Part shown: piece after piece, positions 1-9,935 of the stretch
How the letters are laid out: every line of letters starts with the position of its first letter
Numbering within the stretch: the first letter of the stretch is position 1
Source of the DNA: Deltaproteobacteria bacterium
GTDB lineage: Bacteria; Myxococcota; Kuafuiibacteriia; Kuafuiibacteriales; Kuafuiibacteriaceae
Length of the DNA: 64,000 nt
Assembly: GCA_040218735.1 (NCBI GenBank)
Contig: JAVJQW010000011.1
Span: 1 to 64,000 of the forward strand
Reading direction: 5' to 3'
Notes under the pieces: model-generated
Told to the model about the DNA's origin: nothing
Seen by the model: only the letters and a program-made list of their open reading frames with translations
Databases searched by the model: none
Translations under genes and position numbers: made by a program

Positions 1-60
1 CGCGATCCCCGCGCCGGACGGTCGCCCGGCAAGCCGAACCGAGGTCGCCGCGCCCGATGT

Positions 61-380
61 CGGAGCGGAGTGGGAGCCTGGGCAGCGCGTCGCATTGGCG
101 GGGCGTTGGGTCGAAGCTCCACGGGTCACCCCACTCATCAGATCGCTGGCGAGCGGCAACTCGAGAAGCGGAGCGATGGCGGCGGGCGGGGACCTCTCCG
201 TAGGGAATCAGTTCGGCTCGCCCACCGCGGCAGTCAGCGAAGCCGAAGGGCCACACCCGGCGAGACGAACGGCTTCTGACCGGAGGGGAGGTCCCCGGCC
301 GTCGCCGAAAGCGAAGCCGAGCCTGGGCACTCCCACCCCGGCTAATCTGATACGGCCTCCTAGACCATAACGCCGCTCCG
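61..380. repeat. Highly self-complementary non-coding element (possible MITE/IS end or structured RNA)
   Basis: Imperfect long inverted repeat 178-222 vs 259-306. Outer pairing 70-83 vs 321-337. CGGAGCGG at 61-68 vs CCGCTCCG at 373-380. Segment 341-363 reads GCTAATCTGATACGGCCTCCTAG. No credible ORF. Confidence 0.5.
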
Positions 381-438
381 CTTCGCGGACCGCCTTGGCA
401 CAGTCTTCGGACCGGCCGCGTTCGCGACCGGCCTCAGC

Positions 439-1962
439 CTAGTACGCGATGTTCGCGAGGGACTTGAGGGCGAGGTCGGTCACGTCGAGCCAGGTGCTCG
501 GGGCGATGCCCAGCACCAACACCGCGACCGTCGACAGCACGAGGCCGATCGTCAGCTCCGTGGAGCGCGTCGCCTGGGGCGTCGGGCCGGCGTCCGGGAC
601 GTCGCGCATGTAGAACGCCACGATCACCCGCAGGTAGTAGTAGACACTCACCACGGACCCGAAGATGCCGACGAGCGCCAGCGTCGTCTCGCCGGCGCGC
701 AGCGCGCTCGAGAACACGTAGAGCTTTCCGAAGAAGCCCCCCGTCGGCGGCATCCCGGCGAGCGCCACCATGAACAGCGCCATCGCGATCGAGAGCGCCG
801 GGTGTTTGTACCCGATCCCCGCGAAGGCGCCGAAGCGCTCCGACTCCACGCCACCGTCTTCGCGCTCGAGGTACGTGAGCACGCCGAAGGCGCCGAGCGT
901 CATGAACGTGTACGTCGTCAGATAGAACAACACGGCGCGTCCCGCGCCTGCCTCGCCCTGCGCAGCCGCGACCACGCCGATCAGCGCGTAGCCCGCGTGG
1001 GACACGGACGAGTACGCGAGCATCCGCTTGATGCTCTGCTGCACGATCGCGATCGCGTTGCCGACGAGGATCGTCACGACCGCGAGGCCCGAGAGGAAGT
1101 CGACCCAGATCGCGTCCGCGCCGCCCTCCTGTGCCGACAGGCCCACGATGACGATGCGAAGCAACCCGAGGAACGCCGCGGCCTTCACGCCCACCGCCAT
1201 GAACCCGGTGACCGGTGTCGGCGCGCCCTCGTACACGTCGGGCGCCCACATGTGGAACGGCACCGCCGCGATCTTGAACGCAAAGCCGATCAGGATGAGC
1301 ACCAACCCGATGCCGAGGAGCGGCCTCGACATCACGGCGTCGTTGCTCGCGGCGATCGTACGCGCGAGATCCGACAGCGAGACGGACCCCGTCGAGCTCG
1401 CGCCGTAGACGAGCGCGATGCCGAACAGCAAGAAGCCGGTCGCAAACGCGCCCATCAGGAAGTACTTGAGCGCCGCCTCCGACGCCCGCGGGTCGCGTGC
1501 GCGCAACCCGGTCAGCGCGTACACCGCGATCGACATCGTCTCGAGCCCGATGAAGAAGGTGAACAGGTCACCGGACATGACCATCACCATCATCCCGACG
1601 ACCGCGAACAGGATCAGCGAGTAATACTCACCGAAGTCGTGCCCCTGGTTCTTCGCGTAGGCCGGCGACAGCAGGCACGCGATCAGCGCCCCCGCCATCA
1701 TCACCAACGACGACGCCCGCGCGAACGCATCGACGACGATCGGCGCGGCACGAACGTTCGAAGCAAACAGCGCGCGCGTCGGCGCGGCGATGTCCTTCGC
1801 GACGAAGTACATCGCGACCAACAACCCGATCGCCGCGATGCGCGCGTGGTACCGACGGTCGAGCTGGTCCGAGAACACCTCGTACATCAGCAGCAGGAGC
1901 GCCGTGGCGATCACGATGCCCATGCCGAGCAAGGGGGTCAGGTCGGGGAGCGAGACACTCAC
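439..1962 (-). CDS. nuoN: NADH-quinone oxidoreductase subunit N
   Basis: Multi-TM antiporter-like protein with EAALKYFLMG, FKIAAVPFHMWAPDVYEGAP and KRMLAYSS motifs. GTG start overlaps the nuoM stop (GTGA); the ORF-track start at 2367 is too long. Confidence 0.95.
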   Translation of the reverse strand: MSVSLPDLTPLLGMGIVIATALLLLMYEVFSDQLDRRYHARIAAIGLLVAMYFVAKDIAAPTRALFASNVRAAPIVVDAFARASSLVMMAGALIACLLSPAYAKNQGHDFGEYYSLILFAVVGMMVMVMSGDLFTFFIGLETMSIAVYALTGLRARDPRASEAALKYFLMGAFATGFLLFGIALVYGASSTGSVSLSDLARTIAASNDAVMSRPLLGIGLVLILIGFAFKIAAVPFHMWAPDVYEGAPTPVTGFMAVGVKAAAFLGLLRIVIVGLSAQEGGADAIWVDFLSGLAVVTILVGNAIAIVQQSIKRMLAYSSVSHAGYALIGVVAAAQGEAGAGRAVLFYLTTYTFMTLGAFGVLTYLEREDGGVESERFGAFAGIGYKHPALSIAMALFMVALAGMPPTGGFFGKLYVFSSALRAGETTLALVGIFGSVVSVYYYLRVIVAFYMRDVPDAGPTPQATRSTELTIGLVLSTVAVLVLGIAPSTWLDVTDLALKSLANIAY

Positions 1963-3659
1963 TTCAGTTCCCTCTTCGGCACGAGCGTGGGCGCCACGCG
2001 GAGCGGCTGGCCGTCGGCGGGCGCACGGAACATGGGTTTGCCGGTCGGCAGCTGCAGCTTGTTCGGCAGCCGGCGAGGCAGCACCACGGCGGGCCGGCTC
2101 GGCGCCTTCGACGGCGCAGAACGTGGACGGAACCGCCCGGAGTCCGCCGCGTAGCTCGGACGCCGCTGCGCGCGTTCGTGCAGGTTCACGACGAACACCT
2201 CGACGGCCGGCTCGATCTTGTCGAGCACGATGCCCGGCTTCACGCCGAGCACCACCGCGAACACCATGAGCGGCGCGAGCACGCAGATCTCCCGGAGGTT
2301 CATGTCCGCGAGCTTCTCGTTCGCAGCGTTCGACAGCGGCCCGAAGAGCACCCGCTGCACCATCCACAGCAGGTACACCGCCGCGAGGATGACGCCGGAT
2401 GCGGCGACGATCGCCCAGATGCGCTGCGAGGCACCGGCCGTGTACGTCCCGAGCAGCACCAAGAACTCACCCGGGAACCCGGAGAGCGCCGGGAGACCCG
2501 CGCTCGCCATCACGGTCATGACCAGGAAGAACGCGAAGATCGGAACACGCCGCGCGATGCCGCCGTAGTCCGCGAGCACCCGCGTGTGGCGACGCTCGTA
2601 GAGCACCCCGACCAGGAGGAACAGCGCGCCGGTCGACACGCCGTGCGCGATCATCACGAAGATCGCGCCGGACACCCCTTCGATCGTCAGCGCCGCGAGC
2701 CCGAGCATGCAGAACCCGAGGTGGCTCACCGAGGAGTAGGCCACGAGCTTCTTCATGTCCGGCTGCACCCACGCGACGAGCGCGCCATACACGATCCCGA
2801 TCACCGACAACCACGCGATGATCGGCAGCGCGTCCATCGCGGCGTCCGGGAACAGCGGGAACGCGAAGCGGATGAAGCCGTACACGCCGAGCTTCAGCAG
2901 CACGCCGGCGAGGATGACGGAGCCGGCGGTCGGCGCCTCGACGTGCGCGTCGGGCAACCAGGTGTGCACCGGGAACATCGGCACCTTGATCGCGAACGCG
3001 ATCGCAAACGCCCAGAACAGGTACTTCGCGACCTCCGGGTCGAAGCTCCGCAGAAGCGCGTGCGAGAGCTGGAAGTTCCACCCGCCCTCGGGCTGGCTCG
3101 CGACGAAGAGGATCGCGAGGAGCATGAGCAGCGACCCCGCCATCGTGAAGATGAAGAACTTCACCGCAGCGTAGACCCGACGCTGGCCGCCCCAGATCCC
3201 GATGAGGAAGTACATCGGGATGAGCATCGCCTCCCAGAAGACGTAGAAGAGGAAGAGGTCGAGCGCGACGAAGGCGCCGAGCATCCCCGTCTCGAGGACG
3301 AGGACGGCGATGACGAACTCCTTGGTCCGGTGCTCGATGGCCGACCACGCGCCGAGCAACGTCAGCGGGACGATCATCGTCGTCAGCATGATCAGGACGA
3401 GCGAGATGCCGTCGATGCCGATCGTGTACGTGATCCCGAACGCCGGAACCCACGCGACCGAGTCGTAGAACTGGTAGCCGACGCGCGTCTCGACGAAGCC
3501 CCGCCACAGGCCGATCGACAACAGGAACGTCGCCGTCGACACCGCGATGGCGGAGCCCTTGAGGTTTCGGTCGTCCCCCGTGGGGAACAAGGCGAGGATC
3601 AGCGCCCCGAACGCGGGGAGAAACACCACCGCGGTCAAAAGCTGGGCCGACTCCAGCAT
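1959..3659 (-). CDS. nuoM: NADH-quinone oxidoreductase subunit M (Pro/Arg-rich C-terminal tail)
   Basis: FYVFWEAMLIPMY, KVPMFPVHTWLPDAHVEAP and KKLVAYSSVSH motifs. Confidence 0.95.
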   Translation of the reverse strand: MLESAQLLTAVVFLPAFGALILALFPTGDDRNLKGSAIAVSTATFLLSIGLWRGFVETRVGYQFYDSVAWVPAFGITYTIGIDGISLVLIMLTTMIVPLTLLGAWSAIEHRTKEFVIAVLVLETGMLGAFVALDLFLFYVFWEAMLIPMYFLIGIWGGQRRVYAAVKFFIFTMAGSLLMLLAILFVASQPEGGWNFQLSHALLRSFDPEVAKYLFWAFAIAFAIKVPMFPVHTWLPDAHVEAPTAGSVILAGVLLKLGVYGFIRFAFPLFPDAAMDALPIIAWLSVIGIVYGALVAWVQPDMKKLVAYSSVSHLGFCMLGLAALTIEGVSGAIFVMIAHGVSTGALFLLVGVLYERRHTRVLADYGGIARRVPIFAFFLVMTVMASAGLPALSGFPGEFLVLLGTYTAGASQRIWAIVAASGVILAAVYLLWMVQRVLFGPLSNAANEKLADMNLREICVLAPLMVFAVVLGVKPGIVLDKIEPAVEVFVVNLHERAQRRPSYAADSGRFRPRSAPSKAPSRPAVVLPRRLPNKLQLPTGKPMFRAPADGQPLRVAPTLVPKRELK

Positions 3660-3770
3660 CGCGACGGCGGGTACTACGGCTTCAGGAGGCGGTCAATCAC
3701 AGCCGAATTCGGGCGGTTCGCTCCGGACGACGGTTGACTCGGGCGGATCGCCCTGGCGGATGGGCGGGCC

Positions 3771-5030
3771 ATGGCCTGGGCCTTTCTCACGCGCGCCGGC
3801 AGCGAGGCCGATCTCGTGGAAGAGCTCGGTACGGCGTGTGATGCGCGGCGTATCGCACCCGGGGTGGTCCTCGCCGAGAAGCGCCCCCGCGGCCCCGACG
3901 GGGCGTTCCGGGAGGTCTGCTTCGCGCGCCAGGCGATGCGCGCCGAGCGGGAGGTCGAAGCCGATCCCGAAGCCGTGGTGAAGACCCTCGCGGCGCTCAT
4001 GAAGCAGCACCGCCCCCGTCAGAAGAACGCCAAGCCCTGGACGTGGGCGCTGCAGCTCGTCGCACCCGACGCGTCCGACCCCAAGGATCCCCGCCGCGCC
4101 GAGCTGCGCGCGCTCGAGGAGGCGGGGCTCGAGGAGCGGCTGGTCGCGTCGCTCCCAGAGGCCGTCGCGTCTCGGCGGGTGCCCGCCGAGGAGGCGGATC
4201 GGATCGTCCAGGCCTGGATCGTGGACGGGCGCGACCTGCTCGTCGGCGTGACGTCCGCCCTACAGGTCCTCTCGCGGTGGCCGGGCGGCAAGATGCGCCT
4301 GCGACGCCCCGACGATGCGCCGTCGCGGTCCGGGCTGAAGCTCGAGGAAGCGATGCACTGGGTGGGCGTCGGTCCGGAGCGTGGCGACCTCGTCGCCGAC
4401 CTCGGGGCAGCGCCGGGCGGTTGGAGCCAGGTCGCGCTGGAGCGAGGCGCCGTCGTCATCGCGGTCGATCCCGCGAAGATGAAGATCCCCGCGCAGAAGA
4501 AGAAGTTCGAGCACCTGCAGCAGAGCGCCTTCGACTACACGCCGCAGGAGACCCTCGACTGGGTCATCTGCGACATGGCGTGGCGCCCGCGAGAGGTCGC
4601 AGCCCTCCTCGCGAAGTGGGGCCGCCGCGCGTGGGCCCGTCAGCTCTTCGTCAACTTCAAGCTCCCGATGAAGAAGAAGGCCGCCATCCTGAAGGAGCTC
4701 CTCGCGACGCTCACGGAGGCCGGCTGGGAGGGCGTTCGGGCGCGGCAGCTCTACCACGACCGCGACGAAGTCACGGTCTTCGGCTGGCTCAACGCCGGGC
4801 TCGTCGCGCGCGGGATGCTCGCCCCCTTCGAGCTCAACTCGAAGAAAGCCAAGCCGAAGCGCGGACGCTCCACGGACCGCGGCGCCGCCGGGCGCAAGTC
4901 GCAGGACAAGAAGGCCGCGGGCCGGGCGCGCGGGCGCGGACGTTCCGGAGGACGCGGGGGTCGCTCGGGCGGACGCGCCGGCGGACCGCGCGGACGCTCA
5001 GGCGGACCACGCGGACGCGGACGACGCTAG
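3771..5030 (+). CDS. rlmM: RlmM-like (FtsJ family) 23S rRNA 2'-O-methyltransferase with RGG-rich tail
   Basis: APSRSGLKLEEA, DLGAAPGGWS, ICDMA, NFKLPMKK and RQLYHDRDEVT motifs. Confidence 0.8.
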   Translation: MAWAFLTRAGSEADLVEELGTACDARRIAPGVVLAEKRPRGPDGAFREVCFARQAMRAEREVEADPEAVVKTLAALMKQHRPRQKNAKPWTWALQLVAPDASDPKDPRRAELRALEEAGLEERLVASLPEAVASRRVPAEEADRIVQAWIVDGRDLLVGVTSALQVLSRWPGGKMRLRRPDDAPSRSGLKLEEAMHWVGVGPERGDLVADLGAAPGGWSQVALERGAVVIAVDPAKMKIPAQKKKFEHLQQSAFDYTPQETLDWVICDMAWRPREVAALLAKWGRRAWARQLFVNFKLPMKKKAAILKELLATLTEAGWEGVRARQLYHDRDEVTVFGWLNAGLVARGMLAPFELNSKKAKPKRGRSTDRGAAGRKSQDKKAAGRARGRGRSGGRGGRSGGRAGGPRGRSGGPRGRGRR

Positions 5031-5464
5031 GCGGGCGAACGCGCCAACCCGGCCGGGACTCACCGCGGCCTACGCGCAACGACGCTCCACAACGCGTCTT
5101 CGGACGGACCCATCCGATTCCGCCCGCGCAAGACGCGCGTCGCGCTCGAAGCCCCCCGCAATGACGAGGGCGGCTCGACCGCGGTAACCCCGCGAGCACG
5201 CCAAGCCGCCGCCCGCCGCCAAACTCACTCGAACCGGATATATTTTTTCGATATTTTCATATGAGTTCAAACAGCACGACTCGCCGAGATTCAAACGTAG
5301 CGCACCCCAACGGCAACGTCACTTTCAGCGCCCTGAAAGCGCTCGAATAGCCGATTTAGCAATCGAATTCGCACGATCCGCAACTCGCGCCACTCGAACA
5401 TCTCCGCAACAAAAGAACCACGAACGATTCCGCGAAGGACCACGAAATGCATGAGTTCGTACTC

Positions 5465-7141
5465 ATGAAAATCACCCATCGTCGACGCGACGACAACCAC
5501 ATCATCACGCCTCGCACCCCCCTGCGAAACACGGAGCGGCTGACGCCTTCGAAGGACGGCGGCGCCCTCCCACTCTCCTGGACCGAGCGAAAGACGACGT
5601 CGACCGTCGGCACCCCGCTCACGGTTCAGGATCGACCGGAGGCCGCGACGACGTTCCGGGGTCGCGTCGGCGCGGACGGCCACCCCGATCCGGGGACCGC
5701 GCCTCATCCCCCGTCGACCGCGGAGAGCTTCGCGACGCTCCCCCTCCCGGACGACGTGCCGCTCACCGCGCTCAACACGGATCAGGCGTGGGCGCTCGCG
5801 GACCACGTCGGCCGGCCGCAGGCGACGCGCACGGGGATCCACGGCTCGACGCGGTCGACCCGCAGCGTCGCGGTGCAGAGCCCGCCGACGGATCGTTCGC
5901 AGCAGATCGAGGACCAGTACCTCGGGCTCTGGGACGGCTCCCGGGACGCCAACGCCGCGCTCGACGCCGTGCTCGCGCTCGGCGATCCGGACTTCAAGGA
6001 CACGGTCGAGGCGATGGCCCGCAAGGGGACGCTCACCACGATGCTGACGCGCATCGGGGAGCGGGCGCGGTCCGGGGAGTTCCTCCGCGCCGTGGGTGCG
6101 AGGACGGACGACGCGACGATCGAGAAGGTCTTCCAGGGCATCCCGCTCATGCAGCTGAGCCCGGACGCCGGGGTCATCGCATACATGCAGCAGCACACCG
6201 CGCACTTCGGCACGCGTCGCCTGGCGTCACCGGCGGCGAACGCGACGGTCAACACCGGCGCGACCGAGCCCTTCTCGGGCGGAGGAGCCCAGGGCTCGCT
6301 CGCGTCCGATGCGCCGATGAGCTTCGCTCAGATGTGGCGTCTCAAACGCCACGCCGCACACGCCGAGGAGGTCGCGAGCGTGGACGAAGCCAAGTATCGC
6401 CGCATCACCGGCGCCGAGATGGTGTTCGACTGGTCCAACCCCATCAAGGGTGGGCTCGTCGGCGCGAGCGGCTACCTCGGCACGCTCTCCACCTCGGAGC
6501 GACACCTTCAGGCCGAGGCGCTGTTCCTCCAGCCGGTCCAGACCCACGTCCCGGAGGCGTACGGATCGACGATCCCCACGCGGGCGCAGGTCATCCGGGC
6601 CGCCGCGCACGCCTACGACCTGGAGCCCGAGCTGGTCGCGGCCGTGATCCTCGCGGAGCAGCGCGATCAGTCGCGAAACGAAGACGCCGCCGACTACCAA
6701 GCGGCCGTGTGGGCCGGGCGCTCGTCCTCGGTCGGGCTCGGCCAGGTGACGACGCGGACGGCGCAGCGTTCGAACCTCTTCGCCGACCTGGTGCACGCCC
6801 CCTACGAAGCGCGGCTGACCGGCGGTGACGTGTCCAACGGCGACGTCGCACGTCTGCTGTCTTCCGACGAGCTCAACATCTTCGCGACGGCGCGCTACAT
6901 CCGCGAGGTCGCCGACCTCGCCGCGTCGAAACGCGCCGGCTCGCTCCCCCACACCGAAGCCATGCTGGGCTCGACGCCGCTGTCCAACTACGCCAACCAC
7001 TCCAGCACGTGGACCGACGCGCAGATCCTGTTGCTCGGCTCCGAGTACACGTCGAGCCCATTCGACGATCGCATCTTCGCGGGCTGGGGCGAGTTCGTGT
7101 TGGAGGCGTACCGCGACGTCCAGGGGTCGTCGACGTTCTAG
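5465..7141 (+). CDS. Hypothetical protein with disordered N-terminus and C-terminal lysozyme/SLT-like domain
   Basis: AYDLEPELVAAVILAE...SSVGLGQV...NIFATARYI resembles lytic transglycosylase motifs. No Sec signal. Start MKITH at 5465 (or 5447). Confidence 0.6.
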   Translation: MKITHRRRDDNHIITPRTPLRNTERLTPSKDGGALPLSWTERKTTSTVGTPLTVQDRPEAATTFRGRVGADGHPDPGTAPHPPSTAESFATLPLPDDVPLTALNTDQAWALADHVGRPQATRTGIHGSTRSTRSVAVQSPPTDRSQQIEDQYLGLWDGSRDANAALDAVLALGDPDFKDTVEAMARKGTLTTMLTRIGERARSGEFLRAVGARTDDATIEKVFQGIPLMQLSPDAGVIAYMQQHTAHFGTRRLASPAANATVNTGATEPFSGGGAQGSLASDAPMSFAQMWRLKRHAAHAEEVASVDEAKYRRITGAEMVFDWSNPIKGGLVGASGYLGTLSTSERHLQAEALFLQPVQTHVPEAYGSTIPTRAQVIRAAAHAYDLEPELVAAVILAEQRDQSRNEDAADYQAAVWAGRSSSVGLGQVTTRTAQRSNLFADLVHAPYEARLTGGDVSNGDVARLLSSDELNIFATARYIREVADLAASKRAGSLPHTEAMLGSTPLSNYANHSSTWTDAQILLLGSEYTSSPFDDRIFAGWGEFVLEAYRDVQGSSTF

Positions 7142-7218
7142 CCGCACCACGCACCGTCACCACGCTCTCGCTGTCGCTGGTTGCCAACGCGATCGCGCGC
7201 GAGCGATGGTCCGATGGC

Positions 7219-9069
7219 TTGCGACGCATCGCACTTCTCGTCATCCCCCTTACGGCCTGCGGCACTCCGGACCGCCCACCGAGCGCATCGACGCGCGACG
7301 TCGGTCCCTTCGAGACCATCGAACGCGATGCGGGCGCCCTCGACGCGGGACCATCGACCCGGGATGCGGGGGGTACGCGAGAGCCGGATCGTGATGGCGG
7401 CGCGCAGGGTCACCCGATCTGGCTCGATGTCACGCCAGCGGGGAGTGAGACGACGATCGAGGGCGACGCGCGCACGCTCGACTACGTCTACGCCCTCCCC
7501 TCGACGGCAAACGCCCAGGCGCGCGTATTTACGAGCGCGTTCGTCCCTGAGCTGGTTCGGGTCGAGTACCGGACCACGGGCGATCGTCTCGTGGCCTTCG
7601 TCGACGAGACCACAGTGGTGCTCCACGAGGCCGAAGTGCCGGGGACCGGCGGCGAGGTGACCGGCGAGGTCCTCCTCGACTTCGTCGGTCACGAGACGTT
7701 CGGCTTCATCGTCAGCGGAGGCGTCGAAACGATGGGGGGTCGCGTCGAGGGCACGTTGTCCGCACGCGTCGTGCCCTGGGCGCCGCAGATCGCACCGATG
7801 CGCGGCGGGCAGCGTTACGTGGAAGCCGACGGTGTGCTCCCCATGGGCGACGGCACGGTGCAGACCTACCACCTGCACGTGCAGGCGTTACGCCGGATCG
7901 ACGGGCAATGGCACGAGGAACCCTTCGTGTACGACGACGGGCGAACGCCGACCGAGGTCCTCGTGGACAGCGCCGATCTCTGGATTCGGTTCTATCGCAG
8001 CATGATCGCGCGCGGCACCGCTCGGTCCGAGATCCGAAAGCTCGCGCAGGGCATCCAGTCGGACCAGGACGACTCCGGCGTCTACGTCGAGACGAACCTG
8101 AGCGCGTGCGGCTACAACGGGTCGGCACGAACCATCACCTGTGGCCCCGGTACCAGCCGCCACCTCGAAGGGACCATGGCCCATGAGAGCATCCACGGCT
8201 GGGAGTGGCTCACGTTCGAAGGTGACCCCGCGCTGAGCATCGTGTTCCGCGACGCGTTCACCCGGTACGCCAACCTCGTCTACCACACGCGACTCGACGA
8301 GCCCGAGAAGCTGATGGGCGACGGGTGGCGGCTCACCTACCTCAACTACGGCCTCCAGAACTCGATCGAGTGGGGATCGGAGATGTTCCGCGACTGGCTC
8401 TACGGGCCGCCCGGTGGCGGCTGGCCCGGAAACTGGCAGTTCACCCGTCTGCACCTACCGGAGTACGCCGAGTTCTTCGACTGCCTGTGGCTCGACGGCG
8501 ACGCCCTCTTCGACTGCAAGGCGCGCGCGTTCGGGGACGGACCGCTGATCGCGCGTCCCGAGGTGAGGCCGCAGGACACCTCGATCGCCGTCGCCGGGTT
8601 CACGGCCGCGGAGTCGGCGGCCATCTGGAACGTCTGCGCGCGTACGGACGACGCCGCGCAGTACACCGCCCAGTTCGACGCCATCGTGCGCCGGGTCGCG
8701 CCGAACCTCCCCGGCTCTCCCGCCGCCGCCTACGAGCTCGCGGTCGGAGACTGCAACCACGACGGCATCGAGGACTGGCTGTGCTGGTATACCGGACGCG
8801 GCCCCGAAGGCGTCGGCAACGGCAACTACCGCTGGAACGTCGACAACACCGAGGGCGCCTATACGTTCGTGGTCAGCGGCAAGGCCGGCGACGACTACGC
8901 CGAGTACCTTCAGGACCCCTACCTCACCCTCCCCTCGATCAACGGGTCCCTCGCGCAGCCCATGTTCCGCGAGTGGCAGGGCCAGTACGGCAGCTGCAAC
9001 GGAGCGCTGCGCATTTGGCCGATGGGAGACACCTGGATCCGCGCGTACTTCGGCGCGCTGCTCGACTGA
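7219..9069 (+). CDS. Lipoprotein with putative zinc metallopeptidase domain
   Basis: TTG start MRRIALLVIPLTAC (lipobox). HESIH motif with downstream YGLQNSIEW. Ca-binding-like DCNHDGIED. Confidence 0.6.
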   Translation: MRRIALLVIPLTACGTPDRPPSASTRDVGPFETIERDAGALDAGPSTRDAGGTREPDRDGGAQGHPIWLDVTPAGSETTIEGDARTLDYVYALPSTANAQARVFTSAFVPELVRVEYRTTGDRLVAFVDETTVVLHEAEVPGTGGEVTGEVLLDFVGHETFGFIVSGGVETMGGRVEGTLSARVVPWAPQIAPMRGGQRYVEADGVLPMGDGTVQTYHLHVQALRRIDGQWHEEPFVYDDGRTPTEVLVDSADLWIRFYRSMIARGTARSEIRKLAQGIQSDQDDSGVYVETNLSACGYNGSARTITCGPGTSRHLEGTMAHESIHGWEWLTFEGDPALSIVFRDAFTRYANLVYHTRLDEPEKLMGDGWRLTYLNYGLQNSIEWGSEMFRDWLYGPPGGGWPGNWQFTRLHLPEYAEFFDCLWLDGDALFDCKARAFGDGPLIARPEVRPQDTSIAVAGFTAAESAAIWNVCARTDDAAQYTAQFDAIVRRVAPNLPGSPAAAYELAVGDCNHDGIEDWLCWYTGRGPEGVGNGNYRWNVDNTEGAYTFVVSGKAGDDYAEYLQDPYLTLPSINGSLAQPMFREWQGQYGSCNGALRIWPMGDTWIRAYFGALLD

Positions 9070-9114
9070 CCCTTCGTGTGTCGAATCGGAGCCGGCACCC
9101 GCCAGCGCCGACGG

Positions 9115-9900
9115 TCACTTGCCCTTGAACTCGGCCTTGCGCTTCTCGACGTAGGCGCGGATGCCTTCCTTCGCGTCCTCGGAGGTGAAGAGCTGCTGCT
9201 GGAGCTCGCGCTCGAGCGCGAGGCCGGACTCGAAGCTCACCTCGCCGCCGGCGACGACGCTGCGCTTGATGAGGCCGACCGCCTTCGACGCCTTGTTCGG
9301 CGGGACGAACTGCTGCGCGTACTTCTTCACGGCGTCCATGAAGCCTTCGGCCTCGAACACCTCGTTCACCAGGCCGAGCGCGTGCGCGTCGTCCATCGAG
9401 AAGGTCGCGCCCTTCGTCATCAGCTCGAGCGCCTTCGACTTGCCGACGACGCGCAACAGACGTTGCGTCCCGCCGGTCCCCGGGAGCACGCCGAGCGCGA
9501 CCTCGGGGAGGCCGACCTTGCCGCCATCCTTCTTGCCGATACGAAGGTCCGCCGCGAGCGCGACCTCGAGGCCACCGCCGACGGTGTGGCCATTCATCGC
9601 CGCGATGACGAGCTTGGGGGTGTTCTCGAGGCGGTTGAGCGTCTCGTTGGCGTGCAGGCAGAAGTAGTATTTGAAGGACGGCGTGACGTCGTCGAGCATG
9701 TTGATGTTCGCGCCGGCGCAGAAGAACTTCTCGCCGTCGCCGGTCAACACGATGACGTGGACGGCGTCGTCCATGCGGGCTTCGAGCACGCGCGCGTCGA
9801 GCTGCTGGAGCATCTCGTAGGTGTACGTGTTGGCGGGCGGGTCACAGAGCGTGAGCGTCGCGACGCCAGCGTCGACTTCGTAGCGGATCAGTTCGGCCAT
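9115..9900 (-). CDS. Enoyl-CoA hydratase/isomerase family protein
   Basis: FCAGAN, GGGLEVALAAD and GLPEVALGVLPGTGGTQRL crotonase motifs. Confidence 0.93.
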   Translation of the reverse strand: MAELIRYEVDAGVATLTLCDPPANTYTYEMLQQLDARVLEARMDDAVHVIVLTGDGEKFFCAGANINMLDDVTPSFKYYFCLHANETLNRLENTPKLVIAAMNGHTVGGGLEVALAADLRIGKKDGGKVGLPEVALGVLPGTGGTQRLLRVVGKSKALELMTKGATFSMDDAHALGLVNEVFEAEGFMDAVKKYAQQFVPPNKASKAVGLIKRSVVAGGEVSFESGLALERELQQQLFTSEDAKEGIRAYVEKRKAEFKGK

Positions 9901-9935
9901 GGCCGCGCCTCATACCACGCGGGCCGCAAGGATGA

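Noticed and set aside
410-434. Hairpin after nuoN as an intrinsic terminator
   Set aside because: A GC stem is present but there is no U-tract, so support is insufficient.
1963-2367. N-terminal extension of the 642-aa nuoN ORF
   Set aside because: It overlaps nuoM in another frame; the true start is the GTG at 1962.
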